Of a DNA stretch of 64,000 nucleotides, positions 29,591 through 38,695 are shown in pieces. Source of the stretch: Phycisphaerae bacterium (GTDB taxonomy: Bacteria; Planctomycetota; Phycisphaerae; UBA1845); contig CAXXGO010000006.1 of NCBI GenBank assembly GCA_963666835.2, forward strand, positions 1,600,001 through 1,664,000, given 5' to 3'. The position numbers and the translations under genes were made by a program. How positions within the stretch are numbered: the stretch's first letter is position 1; every line of letters starts with the position of its first letter. The notes below the pieces were generated by a model, which worked only from the letters and a program-made list of their open reading frames with translations, did no database searches and was not told the origin of the DNA.

Positions 29591-30154
29591 GTGCGCCAAC
29601 CTCGGCGGGAATGTAGAACCGGGCACGCGTTCAGCCTGGTGGAACTGGTCATCGTTGTGGTTATTATCGGCGTTATCGCGTCGATTGCGGTACCGCGGAT
29701 GAGCAGCGCTGCGGCCAACGCCGAGGCGAACGCCCTCGAGGCGACGTTGGCCGGGGTCCGCAAGGCGATTGACCTGTATTACGCGGAGCACGGCAAGTAC
29801 CCGGGCTATGCCCCGGCTACCGGCTTGCGGAATGACGAGAACTTCGTCAAGCAACTTCTGATGTACACGGATGAGTCCGGGAATATGAATGCCGCGCCTT
29901 CTACGACGTTTCGGTTCGGACCGTACCTGCGTAAGCCGTTTCCCAAAAACCCTACCAACGGGCTGAGCACGGTGTTTGTCAAGGCGGCTCCGGGAGAGGC
30001 CACTCCCGCGGCGGACACCTGTGGGTGGGTTGCGGTGCTTTCGCACGGCTACTTCGGTATCAATGCGACCGCGACGGAACTGAAGAAGATCGGCGTCGTG
30101 GAAGCGACCGCCGTTTCTGCGATGCGGGGCGCCGCGGTTGAACTCGGGCCGTAG
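29591..30154 (+). CDS. Type IV prepilin, paralog of 28841-29329
   Basis: HA^FSLVELVIVVVIIGVIASIAVP; shares ATLAG.R.AID.Y.AEHG and FGPYLRK.FP; GTG start inferred. Confidence 0.85.
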   Translation: MRQPRRECRTGHAFSLVELVIVVVIIGVIASIAVPRMSSAAANAEANALEATLAGVRKAIDLYYAEHGKYPGYAPATGLRNDENFVKQLLMYTDESGNMNAAPSTTFRFGPYLRKPFPKNPTNGLSTVFVKAAPGEATPAADTCGWVAVLSHGYFGINATATELKKIGVVEATAVSAMRGAAVELGP

Positions 30155-30241
30155 TAGGACAAGGGCTTTCGGCCCGGACTCTTAAGAGCGGATTGTCTGC
30201 CATGTTCCTGGTGCCGTTTCCAGAAAGGTCGTTCAAGATCG

Positions 30242-30323
30242 TTCCCCCTTGGCAAGGGGGGATAAAGGGGGGTTCATTCCTACGGAGAAGAACCTCCCCC
30301 AGCCCCTCCTTAGTAAGGAGGGG
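30242..30323. repeat. Pair of REP-like palindromes
   Basis: TCCCCCTTGGCAAGGGGGGA and CCCCTCCTTAGTAAGGAGGGG; the second resembles the units at 6841-6940. Confidence 0.65.
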
Positions 30324-30402
30324 AGGAGGGAATCCGACTGCCTTGTTGAAAACGGCACTATTGGGACCAGCGCTGCCGGAACCGGCGTCGAATCGGGCGA
30401 GG

Positions 30403-30966
30403 ATGGGCGTCTCGGTTGTACAGGCGGATGGCCGCCGAAGGCGCGGGGGGTTCAGCCTTGCCGAGCTGTTGGTTGTGCTGACCATCATCGGAGTGATGGC
30501 GACGATCGCCGTACCGCGTTACGCCAACTTCACCGCTCGGCGGCGCGTGGATGCCGCGGCCGCTCGGCTTGTTGCCGATCTGGCTCTGGCCCGGGAACAC
30601 GCTTGCGCGACAAGTGTCGCCCAGAGCGTGATATTCAACGAAGGGCGAAACCAATACGCCCTGCCCGGGGTGCCGGGGCTCAACGGCACTTCCGAAAACT
30701 ATATGGTCGACTTGGCGGCGGAACCCTACGGGGCAGACATCGCTGAGGTGAGTGCCGGCACGAAGTCCGACGTGGAGTTCGACACTTATGGTACTCCGAG
30801 TGTCGAAGCGAAGATCGCGTTGGTCATAGGGAGATTTGGGAAACTCGTGTCCCTCGATCCGGTTACGGGCAAAGCCACTCTCACGGACTACGACGCGTCC
30901 CAGGGAACCCTCATCGGTGATGTGCAGGCCAAGGCGGCCGTCAAAACTCCTGTCACTCTACCGTAG
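30403..30966 (+). CDS. GspH/FimT-like minor (pseudo)pilin
   Basis: GG^FSLAELLVVLTIIGVMATIAVP, L.ADL.LAR..A, VEFDTYGTP. Confidence 0.85.
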   Translation: MGVSVVQADGRRRRGGFSLAELLVVLTIIGVMATIAVPRYANFTARRRVDAAAARLVADLALAREHACATSVAQSVIFNEGRNQYALPGVPGLNGTSENYMVDLAAEPYGADIAEVSAGTKSDVEFDTYGTPSVEAKIALVIGRFGKLVSLDPVTGKATLTDYDASQGTLIGDVQAKAAVKTPVTLP

Positions 30967-31063
30967 CCGGCGCCCATCCGGGGGGGCGTCCTATTGAAGC
31001 GTACACATCGTTCGACCTGCCGGGGATCATCCGCTACACTGCGTGCCGGACCCGGGGGAGCCG

Positions 31064-32017
31064 ATGAGCAATCTTGATCTGGACATGTTCCACGAAACGA
31101 GCGGGAAGCTGGACTTTCGGGGCTCCCTGAATGCCCTGCTGGGCGAATTCCGCCGCGGGAACATTGCGGATCGCAGTCGAGTCAAGGAAGCGGCCGTTAT
31201 TCAGACTCATCTCGCGCAACACCGGGAGGCTTGGGATCGCGTATTCCCGGAGTTTCCCGAGGCTCCGTGGAAACGCCGCACCCTCACCGCGGAGTGCCAC
31301 CGGGGACGCCGCGATGCTTATCTTAGGCAACTGATTGTCGACTGCGTTACCCAGGAGAAGGCGGGGGATCATCTTATCGTTAATCCCGCGACCGTGGCCG
31401 GTGTGCACGCCGGATGGCTGGCACGTGTTCTGCCCGCCTTCGAGGTCGTCGGCACCGACATTGACTCTCGATGGAGTTGGCTCTATCGGCTGTTGTTCTG
31501 GAAGCATCGCCGCCTGAAGAACTACCGGTTTGTGCGTGAGAGCGTCTTCGAGCCTGATCCGACTCGACGTCCCGTTGCGGTGACGTTCTTCGGAGCTTGC
31601 GGTTCCGTGACGGACGGCGGAATGGACTATGCGATTGCCGTGGCTTCACCGTTTCTAATCTGCAGATCCTGCTGCCACGAGAACATCGGGGGTAACACGA
31701 CGATCGTGAGACGCCGCGGTCGCCCGGTCAACGAGTTTTTCGCTTGGAAGAACTACTGGTTCGCAAGATACCGAAGGAAAAGGACGGGCTTCTACTTCTC
31801 GGACCGTTATACGGCGGACGCCTACCCGCGGAGCCGGGCGGCCCGCGAGATCGTGGACTCCGATACCATGATCGCCGTCGCCCGGAACACCCCGGACAGC
31901 GACGTCTGCCGGAGCATAATCGACCTCGATCGGTGCCTGTTCCTTCGGGAGAACGGTTACGACGTCATGTATCGCGAGGAGCTTTTCTTCGCCCACCGTC
32001 GAACCCCCTCCGTTTGA
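31064..32017 (+). CDS. Putative SAM-dependent methyltransferase (Methyltransf_32-like, atypical motif I)
   Basis: VVGTDID, GACGSVTD, SCCH, IDLDR..FL.ENGY.V resemble the HACG..TD/PCC motifs of that family. Confidence 0.55.
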   Translation: MSNLDLDMFHETSGKLDFRGSLNALLGEFRRGNIADRSRVKEAAVIQTHLAQHREAWDRVFPEFPEAPWKRRTLTAECHRGRRDAYLRQLIVDCVTQEKAGDHLIVNPATVAGVHAGWLARVLPAFEVVGTDIDSRWSWLYRLLFWKHRRLKNYRFVRESVFEPDPTRRPVAVTFFGACGSVTDGGMDYAIAVASPFLICRSCCHENIGGNTTIVRRRGRPVNEFFAWKNYWFARYRRKRTGFYFSDRYTADAYPRSRAAREIVDSDTMIAVARNTPDSDVCRSIIDLDRCLFLRENGYDVMYREELFFAHRRTPSV

Positions 32018-32297
32018 AGTGGGCTTACCGGATATGCGGACCTTTCGTTTGGTTCTATTCGGGGGCTACCGCAAACTCGGTCCGAATAGTCCAGCCCGTT
32101 TGCAGAGCTACGACCGGGACATACCCCCGGATGAAGTCTCAGCGCGAGCTTGTCGATGTTCTACACGACGGTAGAGGGCCGGATTGGCTGGGGCGGTCGC
32201 TGCATTCTCGATGACGTGAAACCGCTGGACCTGCTACCGTTCGTTTGTCAGGGGACGGGTACGGTTTGGACGGCTGGGTTCGGCAGACGGAGGTGGT

Positions 32298-32525
32298 GTG
32301 ATGGGCCGAGAGATCCGTGATCTTTGTGGTAAGGTCTGTCCCTATCCTGTCGTGGAGATCCACCGTGAGATAGACCAACTTCGTAGCGGAGAGGCGTTTC
32401 GCTGCATCGTGGACGATCCGCTCGTTCTGAAGTCGGTGCCGGAGGAGATTGAGGATACTCCGGGCGTCTCGCTGACCATCGCCAAGCTCGAGGCCGGCTG
32501 GGAGATCACGGTAGTAAAAGAGTAG
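32298..32525 (+). CDS. TusA/SirA-family sulfur carrier (YeeD/YedF-like)
   Basis: DLCGKVCPYP (CPxP), VDDP, 75 aa. Confidence 0.88.
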   Translation: MMGREIRDLCGKVCPYPVVEIHREIDQLRSGEAFRCIVDDPLVLKSVPEEIEDTPGVSLTIAKLEAGWEITVVKE

Positions 32526-32547
32526 CGGCAAAATTAGGAGAGCCGTA

Positions 32548-33144
32548 ATGGATGAGAATGCGCAGACTCGCGATCACGCCCGCGAGGTCGTTGACGTTGC
32601 CGACAAGACGGGTAGCGCTTCTCGGCCCGACGTCGAAGAACGTCTGCGCCGGATAGAAACGCCACGTGCCGAGGTCACCGGCACTCCGGCGGCTTCGATG
32701 AGAACGGCCGTGCATCCGCGCCGACGGCGTTGGACCAGCCCAATGTACATGACGGGCTACTTCGCAGTGCTCAATGTTGTCATGTACCTGACCATTCATA
32801 AGTTCTGGATCGGGGGTAGCAGTTTTCTTCCCATGATCGGGATGCTGGGCGAAGGTAACAAGTTTCTCTTCGCCTTTCTGGTGAACATGGGCGTGGTCGT
32901 GGGAGCGTTCCTGGGCGCCTACACGAGCGGTGAGTTTTGTCTGCGGTATCCCCGCAAAGGGGATCTGGTCAAGTCGATGGTAGGGGGCACGCTCATCGGT
33001 ATGGGCGTCACCGTTGCGCCGGGCACATGCACGACGGCCTTCGTCACGGGAATGCCCATGCTATCGGTGTCGTCGTTTCTGTCCGCGGCCGGCATCTTCA
33101 TCGGCGCTTTCATTGTGTACAGCCAGACCCTGAGGAGGCGATAA
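32548..33144 (+). CDS. YeeE/YedE-family membrane protein (half-size)
   Basis: GVVVGAFLGAYTSGEF, GGTLIGMG..APGTC; start uncertain. Confidence 0.75.
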   Translation: MDENAQTRDHAREVVDVADKTGSASRPDVEERLRRIETPRAEVTGTPAASMRTAVHPRRRRWTSPMYMTGYFAVLNVVMYLTIHKFWIGGSSFLPMIGMLGEGNKFLFAFLVNMGVVVGAFLGAYTSGEFCLRYPRKGDLVKSMVGGTLIGMGVTVAPGTCTTAFVTGMPMLSVSSFLSAAGIFIGAFIVYSQTLRRR

Positions 33145-33146
33145 CC

Positions 33147-33707
33147 GTGCCATTCTATCTACTGGTAGCTCTCGGTGTGCTGTTTGGAATCGGATTCGGG
33201 TTCTTCGTACAGCGGGCGGGTCTGTGCTTCTCTCAGGGGCTGGGTGAGCTTTTCGTTGGAAGAGGTAAACGGATCATCCGCATGTTCCTGCTCGTATTTG
33301 CCATCACCAGCGTTGGGTTCCTCATCAGTGGATACTTCTCGGGATCGCTCGGTCTCAAGCCCGTTGGGCAACTGCGCGGATTCGGGTTCTACAACCTCCT
33401 GTCCGGCATGTTGTTCGGGGCGGGGATAGCCCTTTGCGGCGGGTGCATTCTGGGGACTCTGCGCCAGATTGGAGAGGGCAACCTGACTTTCGTGATTGTA
33501 TTCGCCTTCTTCATTCCCGGCATGGCCCTGGTTGTTTACGGCCTCAACCCGCTGCTCGAAAGCGGCTACAACGTGCAGAAGCCCCTGCTGTCGGAGCTGA
33601 TGGGAGTACCGGCCGGATATGTTACGGCCATCCTGGCAACCGGGGCCGTTGTTGGCCTTGTAGCACTCCGCAGACGCACGAAGAGTGCGCGGCGCGCTGT
33701 CGCGTAG
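33147..33707 (+). CDS. YeeE/YedE-family membrane protein (half-size)
   Basis: FGFFVQRAGLCF, GMLFGAGIALCGGCILGTL..IGEG; GTG start after GAGGAGG. Confidence 0.85.
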   Translation: MPFYLLVALGVLFGIGFGFFVQRAGLCFSQGLGELFVGRGKRIIRMFLLVFAITSVGFLISGYFSGSLGLKPVGQLRGFGFYNLLSGMLFGAGIALCGGCILGTLRQIGEGNLTFVIVFAFFIPGMALVVYGLNPLLESGYNVQKPLLSELMGVPAGYVTAILATGAVVGLVALRRRTKSARRAVA

Positions 33708-33822
33708 TCCGCAAACGAATGTAGCGTCAGGGCTTGTCCCTGGCGTGGAGGCGTGCGGTGTTTCAGTGGCTTAACCCACAAGGCCGGACGCTACAGTAAG
33801 TTCCGTCGGGCAGGTGGGGCAG

Positions 33823-35031
33823 TTACTCGTAACGCAGCGCGGTTACCGGATCCAGGCTGGCGGCGCGGATGGCCGGGTAGATTCCACTGAGAACTCCGAC
33901 GACCACGGCCATAACCAGAGCGATCGCGATCGCGATCGGCGGGGTGTAGGTCTCGAGGACCTGGGTAAACTCGCCCAGGAAGTTGGCGATAGCCCAGCCG
34001 CATACCACGCCGAGTCCGCCGCCGAGCAGGCTGATAATGCTCGCCTCGGTCAAAAACTGTTTGAGGATATCGAAGCGGCGGGCGCCGACTGCAATCCGCA
34101 CCCCAATCTCCCGTGTTCGTTCCGTAACGGAGACCAGCATGATATTCATGATGCCGATGGCTCCGACCACCAGCGAGATGCCTGCGATACTGTAGAGCAC
34201 CACAGCGAAGATCATGGTCACCTGACTCAGCTCCTGTTTGAACTGGTCCTGTGTGAAGATCGTGAAGTCGTCGGAGTCGCCGGCCTTGATCCGATGCGAG
34301 ACCCGTAGCGTTCTCTTCACGTGGTCGATGCATGCAGGAACTCGGGCGGCGCTCTCGCATTGCACGACGAGGTTGGATAAGTACCGGCTGCCGAACATAC
34401 GCCCCATTGCAGTCGTGAGTGGGATGACGACCTGCTTGTCGACTTCCATGAACCCCAGGGCTCCCTTTTCCTCCATGACGCCGATCACAATGAAGCTCTT
34501 GGAGTTGATCTTGACGGTCTTGCCGATGGCGGGCAAAGCGCCGAAGAGGTCCTCCGCCACGCGGAAACCCAGCACGGCCACCATCGCGTTGCCCCGAACG
34601 TCTTCCCGAGTGATGAAACGCCCCTGGTAGACCTTGTAGTTGTAGATGTCTGCGTACGTTTCCGTTGTGCCGAGTATTGTGCTCGGAGCGTTGCGTTCGA
34701 AGTACTTGACCTGCCCTCCGCCGTTGTACTGGGGAGAGGTGGCGATAATCAGCTCCTCGTTTTCAGCGATTAGCTCGGCGTCCTCCGGCTCAAGCGAGTT
34801 CTTGGCCGCCCGGCGATGGGAGCGCTCATCCATTCCGTTGAAAACGAGAACCTGGTCGGCCCCGAGGGTCTCGAAGCGTTCCAGGATGTTCCGCTGAGCG
34901 CCCTCGAGGATAGACACGGCCGAGATCACCGCCCCGACACCGATGATCACTCCCAGAGTGGCTAGTAGCGAGCGGAGGAGGTTCTGGCGAAGCCCTCGGA
35001 TGGCCATCAGCATTATGCGCAGGTGGAACAT
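33823..35031 (-). CDS. MacB/FtsX-type ABC transporter permease
   Basis: RSLLATLGVIIG, GIMNIMLVSVTERTREIGVR.AVGA, LDPVTALRYE. Confidence 0.92.
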   Translation of the reverse strand: MFHLRIMLMAIRGLRQNLLRSLLATLGVIIGVGAVISAVSILEGAQRNILERFETLGADQVLVFNGMDERSHRRAAKNSLEPEDAELIAENEELIIATSPQYNGGGQVKYFERNAPSTILGTTETYADIYNYKVYQGRFITREDVRGNAMVAVLGFRVAEDLFGALPAIGKTVKINSKSFIVIGVMEEKGALGFMEVDKQVVIPLTTAMGRMFGSRYLSNLVVQCESAARVPACIDHVKRTLRVSHRIKAGDSDDFTIFTQDQFKQELSQVTMIFAVVLYSIAGISLVVGAIGIMNIMLVSVTERTREIGVRIAVGARRFDILKQFLTEASIISLLGGGLGVVCGWAIANFLGEFTQVLETYTPPIAIAIALVMAVVVGVLSGIYPAIRAASLDPVTALRYE

Positions 35032-35038
35032 CGGCAAT

Positions 35039-35857
35039 TCACTCCGCGATCTCGGGTCGCCCCGGTACCAAGGAACCGGACGCCGGACCGGCCGGCGGGA
35101 GACCCGCGCGGGCGGCGGCGCGCTCTTCGAACACGCGGGACTTGGCGTCCATGGCATTGGCCAGGACCCCGCGGCGATGCTCTGCGCTGACCATGGTGTC
35201 CTCGACGATCCGTCCGTCTCGCATATTGATGATGCGGTCCGCCTGAACCGCAATGTCCGGCTCGTGGGTAACCAATACAATGGTAATCCCGGCGGTATGC
35301 AGTTCGTGGAAGATCTGCATGATCTGCTCGCCCGTGCGGGAGTCTAGGTTCCCGGTGGGTTCGTCGGCGAGGATCAGTTCCGGGTTGTTCACAATGGCGC
35401 GGGCCAGAGCCACCCGCTGGCACTCTCCGCCGGACATTTCGCTGGGGCGGTGGCGGACCCGGTGGTCGAGCCCCACGCGGGCCAGCGCGTCCCGGGCGGT
35501 CTTTCGAGCGAATGGCTTGCGGGTGTAGACCAACGGTACGGTCACATTGTCAATGGCTGACGTTCGGTTAATCAGGTTGAACGTCTGAAACACGAACCCG
35601 ATGTGCTGATTACGAATCCGGGCGAGCTGTTTCTCGGTCATCGTGCTGACCGTCTCGCCGCGCAGCTCCAGCCGCCCCCCGGTAGGCCGATCGAGACAGC
35701 CCAGAATGTGCATGAGCGTACTCTTGCCACTCCCGGACGCTCCGGTAATCGCCACGAACTCTCCTGCGGCCACCTGCAGATCGACCCCATCGAGCGCGCG
35801 CACCACGGTCTCGCCCATGTGGTACTCTCGCCGGAGTTGGTTGGCACGGATAATCAA
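35039..35857 (-). CDS. ABC transporter ATP-binding protein (LolD/MacB type)
   Basis: GASGSGKST, MSGGECQRV, ADEPTGNLD. Confidence 0.93.
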   Translation of the reverse strand: MIIRANQLRREYHMGETVVRALDGVDLQVAAGEFVAITGASGSGKSTLMHILGCLDRPTGGRLELRGETVSTMTEKQLARIRNQHIGFVFQTFNLINRTSAIDNVTVPLVYTRKPFARKTARDALARVGLDHRVRHRPSEMSGGECQRVALARAIVNNPELILADEPTGNLDSRTGEQIMQIFHELHTAGITIVLVTHEPDIAVQADRIINMRDGRIVEDTMVSAEHRRGVLANAMDAKSRVFEERAAARAGLPPAGPASGSLVPGRPEIAE

Positions 35858-35878
35858 AGGATGTAAACCGCGGTCTCG

Positions 35879-37249
35879 CTAGCCTCTGCGTTTCTCTCGG
35901 TTCTTGTCGTCGTCACGTTTAACGGGGAGCTTGGTATAGACGGTCATCCCCTCAGTTAGCCCCTCGCGCGCTTCGGAATAGTTCCCGTTGTCCAGCCCGA
36001 ACTTGCACGCAACGAACTCCGTAGGGTGCTCGCCCGGCGACCCTCCCTTCTTCGGGATGTACACGCCGAGCTGGCCGCTGCTCCCCTCGCGAATGGCCTC
36101 GTTCGGACACAACACGACATTGGATACGTGTTCCGAGGTGAACCGGACGTCGGCCCGCATTCCCGGTAAGAGGCGGCTGCGGTTCTCGCTGGTAATTACC
36201 ACATCCACAAGGTACGTGACCACTCCGCTGAGAGTTTTAGGCTCCGGGTAGATCCGCTCGACGACCCCCTGGAATTCCTCGTCCCGGAAGGACTCGACCG
36301 TGATGACCGGCGAATGTTCGCGGGCCGCCGCGGCCTCCTGCAGGTCCTCGGGCATCACGACCGTCCCTTCGTGCCCGGGAGTAGCCCACTCTGGAGCAAT
36401 GGCCAATACCCGACCGACGTCCGACTCATCCACTTCGCTACGGACGATCAGCCGGTCGACGTCGAGCAGCACGGCCAAGACTGTTCCACCGGTGAAAGTG
36501 GTCTTGCCGCCTTGGATGACCTCTCCGATCTGCGTGCGGATGTCACCTATGATTCCGTCGATCGGTGAGGTGACATCGGTCTCGGCCAATCGTTTCTCTG
36601 CGTCGGCGAGGTTGTTCTTGGCCGTTTCGAAAGTCGCTTCGGCCTGGATCACACTTTGCTTGGCCCGAGGGATGGCCAGCTTGGCCCGCTCCAGAGCGGC
36701 TCGGGCGCTCTCCAATTGGGCAAGCTGGCTCTGATAAGTTGTCTCCCGCTGGATCATCTCCTCTTCATTGCGTTGGTGTGCCGGCAGGTTCTTGAGCTTC
36801 TCCATCCTGAACTTGTGGTAGCGCACCGACGGCTCGAGCTGATCCACCGAAGCCTGAGCGCTGTTCAAGTCCGAAGTCTCGGCCTGTAACAGCGCCAACT
36901 TCGCCTCCTCCAGCCGAGCCTGGGCCACGTCAAGCTCCAACCGAGCCCGGTTGACATTCCGTTGCTCATCGTCCGGTTGGAGCCTGACCAGCAGGTCGCC
37001 GGTTTCCACGCGGTCGCCGGCGTGTTTGAGGATCTCGATTACTTCGCCGCTGGCCTCCGACTTGATCTCCACCCGGCGCGCGGGGCGCACCTCTCCGGTG
37101 GCGTTGATAGGCAACGTCAAGTCTCCGCGAATGACCTTCTCCGTCTTACCCTCAAGACCCTCAATGGGCATTCGCAGTTTGGCCGTGGCGGCCACATAGC
37201 CGACCACCACAGTCGTCAGGACGAAGAACGCGATGAGGATGTTCTTCAT
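35879..37249 (-). CDS. Efflux periplasmic adaptor (MacA/HlyD family)
   Basis: ATGEVRP, SEASGEV, coiled coil, SPIDG, LLPGM. Confidence 0.9.
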   Translation of the reverse strand: MKNILIAFFVLTTVVVGYVAATAKLRMPIEGLEGKTEKVIRGDLTLPINATGEVRPARRVEIKSEASGEVIEILKHAGDRVETGDLLVRLQPDDEQRNVNRARLELDVAQARLEEAKLALLQAETSDLNSAQASVDQLEPSVRYHKFRMEKLKNLPAHQRNEEEMIQRETTYQSQLAQLESARAALERAKLAIPRAKQSVIQAEATFETAKNNLADAEKRLAETDVTSPIDGIIGDIRTQIGEVIQGGKTTFTGGTVLAVLLDVDRLIVRSEVDESDVGRVLAIAPEWATPGHEGTVVMPEDLQEAAAAREHSPVITVESFRDEEFQGVVERIYPEPKTLSGVVTYLVDVVITSENRSRLLPGMRADVRFTSEHVSNVVLCPNEAIREGSSGQLGVYIPKKGGSPGEHPTEFVACKFGLDNGNYSEAREGLTEGMTVYTKLPVKRDDDKNREKRRG

Positions 37250-37382
37250 GGTTACGCATCCTTCCTTGGCCGAAACTCATCCGAATCCTCGAACGGCACC
37301 TGCCCGGCCCGGCCGGTTCTCAACACTGCAGGAATCCCGGTGCCGCGCGTCCGTCAACTACCGGCAGCCTTGTCATCCAAGA

Positions 37383-38495
37383 CTAACCGGCTACCGACGA
37401 CGGCGTGTACTCGAGCCCGAAGGCGTCCGCAACCGGCTTGTTCGTCACCTTGCCGCGTTCGACGTTGATGCCCTCGGCCAGCCCCGGGTCCATCCGGCAA
37501 GCCTTCTCATAACCGAGATCCGCCAACTTCAGGGCGTACGGCAGGGTCGCATTGGTGAGGGCGAAAGTCGACGTGCGGCCGACCGCTCCCGGCATGTTCG
37601 CGACTGCATAATGGACGACGTTGTCAACGATGTACGTCGGCTCGTCGTGCGTGGTCGGGTGGATGGTCTCGCAGCAGCCGCCCTGGTCCACACCGACGTC
37701 TACAATGACCGCCCCCGGTTTCATCGACGAGAGATAATCGCGGGGAATGAGTATCGGACAACGAGCCCCCGGAATCAGGACGGCACCAACGACCAAATCG
37801 GCGCTGGCGAGGTACTTCTTCAAAGCGACGCGATCACTGTACACCGTGTAGACGTTCGCCGGCATGACGTCGTCGAGGTAACGCAGCCGGTCGAGGTTGA
37901 CGTCCATTATGACGACGCTGGCTCCGAGACCTGCTGCCACCTTTGCGGCACTGATTCCCACGATACCGCCGCCGATGATCAACACTTCGGCCGGCTCTAC
38001 CCCGGGAACGCCGCCCAGCAGGATGCCGCGGCCCATCATCGGCCGCTCCAGATACTTGGCACCCTCTTGGATGCTCATTTTGCCGGCGACTTCGCTCATC
38101 GGGGTCAACAAGGGCAAGCGCCCCTTGCGGTCGACGATCGTCTCGTACGCCACCGCGATGGATCCGCTCTTGATTACGCCCTCGGTCAGATCGCGATCCG
38201 CCGCAAAGTGGAAGTACGTGAACATTGTCTGGCCGTCGCGCATCATGGCCCGTTCCGGTGCCAAAGGCTCTTTGACTTTGATAATCATCTCAGCCTTGGA
38301 AAAGACCTCCTGGGCGGTGTCGACGATCTGCCCGCCGACCGCGGTGTACTCTTCGTTCGTAATGCCGGAACCGAAACCGGCATTATCCTCCACGAGCACC
38401 GTATGCCCTCGCCTGACCAGCTCGTCTACCCCGCCCGGGGTCACGCTGACCCGGTACTCGTGAGTCTTCGTCTCTTTTGGTACGCCGACAATCAT
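37383..38495 (-). CDS. ald: Alanine dehydrogenase
   Basis: GVPKE.K..EYRV, KVKEP, PMSEVAG, DQGGC, VANMPGAV. Confidence 0.95.
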   Translation of the reverse strand: MIVGVPKETKTHEYRVSVTPGGVDELVRRGHTVLVEDNAGFGSGITNEEYTAVGGQIVDTAQEVFSKAEMIIKVKEPLAPERAMMRDGQTMFTYFHFAADRDLTEGVIKSGSIAVAYETIVDRKGRLPLLTPMSEVAGKMSIQEGAKYLERPMMGRGILLGGVPGVEPAEVLIIGGGIVGISAAKVAAGLGASVVIMDVNLDRLRYLDDVMPANVYTVYSDRVALKKYLASADLVVGAVLIPGARCPILIPRDYLSSMKPGAVIVDVGVDQGGCCETIHPTTHDEPTYIVDNVVHYAVANMPGAVGRTSTFALTNATLPYALKLADLGYEKACRMDPGLAEGINVERGKVTNKPVADAFGLEYTPSSVAG

Positions 38496-38695
38496 GGTGT
38501 ATTACGCTCCGTGAAAAGCAGTACGCCTTTACCGATCTCTGTTTACGCTCGCGGCTGCAACGTCAGACCGCACACTGATCCTGGACTATATCATGGGGCG
38601 GGGGCGATGCAATCGGTTGTAACAGTGTTACTAGCCGGGGCCTGTGAAGAATTGTCACAGTCGAAACCACATTGGATGAGCGGCACTTCCGCGAC

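Noticed and set aside
32298..33707. Selenocysteine recoding in the TusA/YeeE genes
   Set aside because: The motif positions are plain Cys codons and the ORFs need no TGA read-through
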